A stretch of 63,888 nucleotides of DNA, filler included, from Basidiobolus meristosporus CBS 931.73 (lineage: Eukaryota; Fungi; Basidiobolomycota), in assembly GCA_002104905.1 (NCBI GenBank). It is 4 parts of 4 records of this genome, joined end to end, with 100 filler letters (N's around TTAATTAATTAA, not from the genome) between each part and the next. Parts side by side here need not be neighbours in the genome. Positions count along the whole stretch, not along the records: positions 54,104 to 63,888 come from MCFE01001316.1; 3 more parts are not named here. One strand, written 5' to 3'. The notes beneath the pieces are model-generated. The model was not told the DNA's origin and searched no databases. It saw only the letters and a program-made list of their open reading frames with translations. Of the stretch, positions 59,214-63,888 are shown one piece after another. The stretch's first letter is position 1; the number at the start of each line of letters is the position of its first letter. A program made the translations under genes and the position numbers.

Positions 59214-61273
59214 CATCATCGTTGTTCCCTTCCTGATCCTCGTTTTCGGACGCAACCATGTCCCATTTCCCATGTAAGTTGATAGAAGGTTAACGGATTG
59301 TGGTCTACAATGAAACTAACTTACGTGGTTACTCAGCCCAATTAACTTGCTCAAACGTCGAAGAGATAATCGCATATCCATCGTCCTTTTCGGCATCGTA
59401 GCACAACTTGTCTTTGTATCCGCAATTGAGATCACAAAAGGACAGAACCAACTCCAAAGTCTATTCAACCTGGACCCCACTGCTGCCAAGTATACCAAGG
59501 GCATTTTTTTGATCCTGCTGCTCCTCTGGAACGGATTAATTCTCTATCCAATCTTCTTGTGCTACCAACAGTCGCATTACCTTCTTGGAAGCATCTTGGG
59601 AGTGATCGTATCCGCCGCGCTATTTATGCAATACCTAAGTCTGATCGTAGAAACCTACTTTGTGCGAAAAGGATTTACAAAAATCACCGAGATCCTCTCA
59701 TTTGTTCCGGTGGTAGCGTTTACATTAATATTGATCCTCTATTTTCTGGCGTGCATGTTTTCAGCGAAAGCCTCTAGATCCCAAGAATCGGTGCTTGCCT
59801 ATTCTTCTGATTTCCAGTACGTAAAAAACATGTTGACTACCAAGAAAATGGAGTTCCAGACAGGCAGGGCCCCGCCTGGATTCTTCACCACCATCCTCCA
59901 CCCCAGCAAATATTTCAGCTACCGGAAATACAAGCATGATATTGTTCGCTATATCGAGTAAGTAGCACTAGCTTAGCAACTTCACCTGTGAGATGGCTCA
60001 ACCAAGATGACTCAATCATTTTCCTTTTGCAGAACGCCCGACATGATCCACTTTACACTTGCCACCATCACCCTCATCATTGTGCAAGTGATGATATATC
60101 TCGTTGTTGAGCTGTACTACATTGTACAAAGCTCGGCGGCCTGCATTGTCACCGAGTTTGTTGCTATTGGCAACCAGAAGGATGGCGTGCTAGCAGAAGA
60201 CATGAAGACCGCAAGCAACGTTCTTATTGCCATGAAAGCGTCCACTTTCCTAGCGGTTATACTGGGCGGATTTGGTATGGAGATCAATGAAGCAGCTGAT
60301 GTGAAATTGGACTAACAAACACGCTCACTAGGGGTTATTCTTTTCTCCACCGGAATCAAATATCGCTTCCAACGTGATCTGGTCCAACTTCGCCTAGGAA
60401 ACTACGCCTTGTTTCACCATCGCAAGAGCAACGGTACCAATATGAACGATTACCTGAAGTTTTACGGCGCCGCACTAGGCAATGCCTTTTTCGCCTCCCT
60501 TGTGGTGATCATCCAACTCTTTTTGGTCTTGATTCTGATCTCGGCAGTGGTCTTGATCGTGCCGGTGCGAAACTTCGTACTTCGCTGGCTTTTGCTATCC
60601 TTTTTCCTTCCTCTCGTCATTTCGTGGGTCACCAGTAAGGTAGTCGCGTTGATCACCACAGTCTTCTTCATCATTCCCGGGACAAAATTCTGGCTCAAAC
60701 GTCGAAATGGATTCATGCACTGGTCCTTCCTGGCCACGTTTGTGCATATTCCCAGCGGTGTCACCGGCTGGGTCGGGCGTATGATCAAGGCGTTCTTCAC
60801 GATTTTCCTGTTCAGTTCTAGAGTGGATCGCAACGTGTTGCATGTCAACCTCAGATCAAGCGATAGTGGCTACACCGCCTACCTAGGCCTGGTACGTATT
60901 CCTCAGATTCATAGTTATTGCGGAGAATAACCCGAGTCCATTTCCCTAGCTTCTCTCTGAGCACTACTACTACAACCCAATCAACATGGTGTTCCTGTGC
61001 CTGATGCTAGGGAAGACCCATCATGAGGCACCTTTGAAGATGGAGGCCAGTAGCTGGCGTAAGCTGATCAGACCACCATCCATCTTCGTGGATGACAAGG
61101 CCGATATAAATGAGGAAATGAAACCCATCACCATCATGACGGTGAGCCATGAAGGTCGCAGACTGATTGCCCGCAACAGATGGCATTTGGCATACACCCT
61201 GATTAACAATCCCAAGTTACGGGATTTGCGTCGTCATGGAGAGGCCCGTTCATCCAAGAGCGAATCGGATTAA
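59214..61273 (+). CDS. STRA6-like / RBP-receptor-family multi-pass membrane protein (multi-exon; upstream exons possible from ~57.6 kb)
   Basis: SRVDRNVL..DSGYTAYLGL..EHYYYNPINMVF and ARNRWHLAYTLINNPKL resemble conserved STRA6 C-terminal motifs; GT-AG introns at ~59960, ~60276, ~60892. Confidence 0.7.
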
Positions 61274-62005
61274 ACCTACCCCACTGCTTAATTACCAAGT
61301 TTCCACTAATGCCGATCTCCTTAATTACCAGGTTTCCACTGGTGCTGATCTTCGTTAATATGTTTGCCGAGATTCCAGAATTACTCATCAGTGCATTATT
61401 GGCCTAATTTCCGTATAATAAATTAGTCGAATATTTGCAACTATTTTGATGATTCCTGAGATGTTTTAGATGATACTTTGCCAGCCTGGCTGAATTCTCC
61501 AAAATCCATATCCATGCTCAGCATATTCATCTATTTGCTTTTGAAAATCTCGCCTATTCGACCTAGATAGGCAAATAAGAATGGCACAAGCTTCCTCCGC
61601 ACTCCAAGCCATCTGTCTCCTGATTTTTGCCAAGCCTTATTGCCAAGCAGGAAAGCAAATATGATCATATCTAATGAACTCAAACCATTTTTTGTTAAGA
61701 TCATTTTGATTCCAATAGACTTGGGAAATATAAGAAGTTATGCTGAGTTTTCATAGAAGTATTGATAAGCATATCTTAAGGACGGCCCTGAGACTGAGGT
61801 TAGCTGCTATTTTCCAATTTCAAAGAATTGATGGATTTTAAATCAATATCCAATAAAGCCAAGTAATGAACCTTGTTGCATGGGAAAGTTTGGTGCTGAG
61901 CATATTGATTGCGACAGTATCTAGATACAAAGCTAACAATCATGAATAGGACTATACTCAAAGGAAAAGTAAGCTAATTGATAAATCCAACACAACCTTG
62001 TGAAT

Positions 62006-62505
62006 TTAATTTTGAACCATAATAAGATTGGTAAGCCAGAAGTACCCTAGGTGGTTGGTACCAAACTGTAACCCAAAATCGTTCTTCGTTGTCTCATACT
62101 TGGTGGCATAAACTGCCGCATTATTGATCAGTACATCAATGTGTTCTTTATAGCCGTTGACTTCTTCAGCAGCACCACGTACCGAATCTAATGAAGCCAG
62201 GTCCAAGGTCAATGATCTTAAAATGGCGTCCACGGACTCAGGCTTGATCTTTTCTATTGTCTTGGTAAGCGCTTCTTGTCGTCTACCCGTAAGGATTAAC
62301 AGACCAGGTTTATGCTTCGCAATTGCGCGACAGCATTCAGCACCAGCCCGCCCAAGGAGCAACCAGTGACCAGGACGATCTTCCCTTCGATTTCCTTGGG
62401 AAAGTGGGCAGCGGCTTCCTCAGCGGCAGTGTCAAATCCATAGTTTCGTGGTATAGTGAAAGGGTTTGGTTGAATGTTTGTAAGGGTCGCTCGTTGCGCA
62501 TACAT
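62006..62505 (-). pseudogene. Short-chain dehydrogenase/reductase (RDH/WWOX-like), frameshifted and truncated
   Basis: VLVTGCSLGG|GAE (1-nt frameshift), LDLASLDSVR, IDVLINNAA, QFGTNHLG; no catalytic YxxxK seen downstream. Confidence 0.8.
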
Positions 62506-63549
62506 ACTGAGTGAAGTATATGCGCGCCGTCATTTCCGCAGCAATGACTGGCCTAATAATAAATCCGTATTTCCGGGACAGTACACTTTTAAGCCAGAGT
62601 AATAAATACATGTAACCAACTAGCTATCGAGATCCACTTGAAAGGCTTCAGTCACTTTAGACTACATGCTCCGTACGGCCTTGGTATCAAGGCCTATTAT
62701 TCCTTAGGTAGCGTTGTCGAGCGTTCTCTATGCTGTCTTTGGCATACCTTCGACACCCCTATATATCTTATTTTGTATTTGGACCTCAGTGCAATAAGCT
62801 TAAAATGCTTAGGCGTATAAATGTAACCGCCGCCTTTCCAGGAATCCGTATTTCAAACTATCCGCCTTTCAACCAGTGCTTTGACTAAGCCATTCCCTTC
62901 TACCAGTGGACGTGGGTGCCTCACACACGGCGAATTTTATTACAGGAGCAAAAATACACTGTTCACAGCTATCTGCCTTAGTATTTGTTGCTAGAGCTAC
63001 TCCTTGGGAAGAACCACAGTTTGAAGAGTCAGTGTTATTACCAGAAGGAGAGTAGTGAGCTTCACCAGTGTTGGGGTTTCCGTAATAGGTTGACCGTTTG
63101 AGTTTTGGTAGTAATATGAGCCGTCTGTGTTGGAGTAATGATAGTTACCCCAGGAGCGGTCGATTCGCCACGATGGCAGTAGTGGTTTCCTTGGCTGTTT
63201 GTGCCAGAGTAATATTGATTGTTACGTCCAGACATGACTTGCAGAGCTTAGAGAAATTACTTCAACCTTAAATATGGCTCAGCTTTGTTGTCTACCAATC
63301 GTAGATGTCTGTTTTTTTGCGTCATTCAGATGAAACGCGGGCTCACAGATAATGAATAGTGGAAGATATTGTAGGGAATAGTATCAGTGATGCTCACGAT
63401 TAGCCAGCTCATAAGATTTGTTTATAGACAACCACGCACGCTTGAATCCATAGATCAACAGTCCATTTGCTACGAGAATACATACCGGATCAACCATGGT
63501 CAGTCAATTTACCTTTATACTTGGTTTATTTTTGTATGCTTTAAATTTA

Positions 63550-63835
63550 TTACACTCTATCAATGAAGTACTGCATGATTAGGAACATGTAGGGAGGGCG
63601 CTACTTTCACTCGCTTCCAAATCATCATTGTAGGCCTGCTCCTCCTCACGCTAAAGGTAAACAGTCAGCATCGCATCCCATATTCAGCAGAAGTGGATGG
63701 CCCCCTTACCAATAGCTTATATTGCTCCACAAACCATTCTGGAAGTTCGGCTGGTAACGTAACCAAATCCATGTCGAACAACTCGATAAATTGCTCGTTG
63801 ATGTAGCGAGCCTTATTGCCCGAGTAGCTGCGGTA
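63550..63835 (-). CDS. Last two exons of an unidentified gene (63835-63710, 63650-63550)
   Basis: AG acceptor at 63836, GT-AG intron 63709-63651, in-frame join ending in TAA at 63550. Confidence 0.55.
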
Positions 63836-63888
63836 CTACAAGGGAAGTATGAGTGATCTGTGCTCCCTACAATGCGTTGTGCCGGGTT

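Overview
Eukaryotic DNA, most likely an early-diverging fungus (short GT/GC-AG introns, TTAGGG telomeric repeats; lineage is inferred, not established). The window looks like a chromosome-end/subtelomeric region scaffolded across three 100-bp gaps. Host genes: an OPT/YSL oligopeptide transporter (left edge), a kelch+SNF2 gene broken at a TTAGGG junction, a cluster of small secreted-protein genes, a DDI2/3-type cyanamide hydratase, a STRA6-like membrane protein and an SDR. There is also a graveyard of Ty3/gypsy, Ty1/copia and PIF/Harbinger relics. The main result is a multi-partner, telomere-associated retroelement system in three head-to-tail arrays (2444-12270, 16722-19725, 50800-54003). All units are on the minus strand, with 5' ends toward the telomere and 3' ends joined to TTAGGG. 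It comprises: (A) an APE+RT LINE whose ORF1 and ORF2 are in one frame separated by a single UGA in a UGA-CUA + downstream hairpin readthrough context; (C) a second, diverged RT lineage; (F) an apparently ORF1-only unit reminiscent of Drosophila HeT-A; (B) a ~530-nt tRNA-derived SINE; plus two further unclassified termini (D, E). A, B, C and F share one 3' signal (TGGCTTCTTT...AATAAAGATT-TCACC-loop-GGTGA-C...CCCCCCTAAC) with a covarying hairpin. The intact LINE ORF contains no CpG that I could find by eye.
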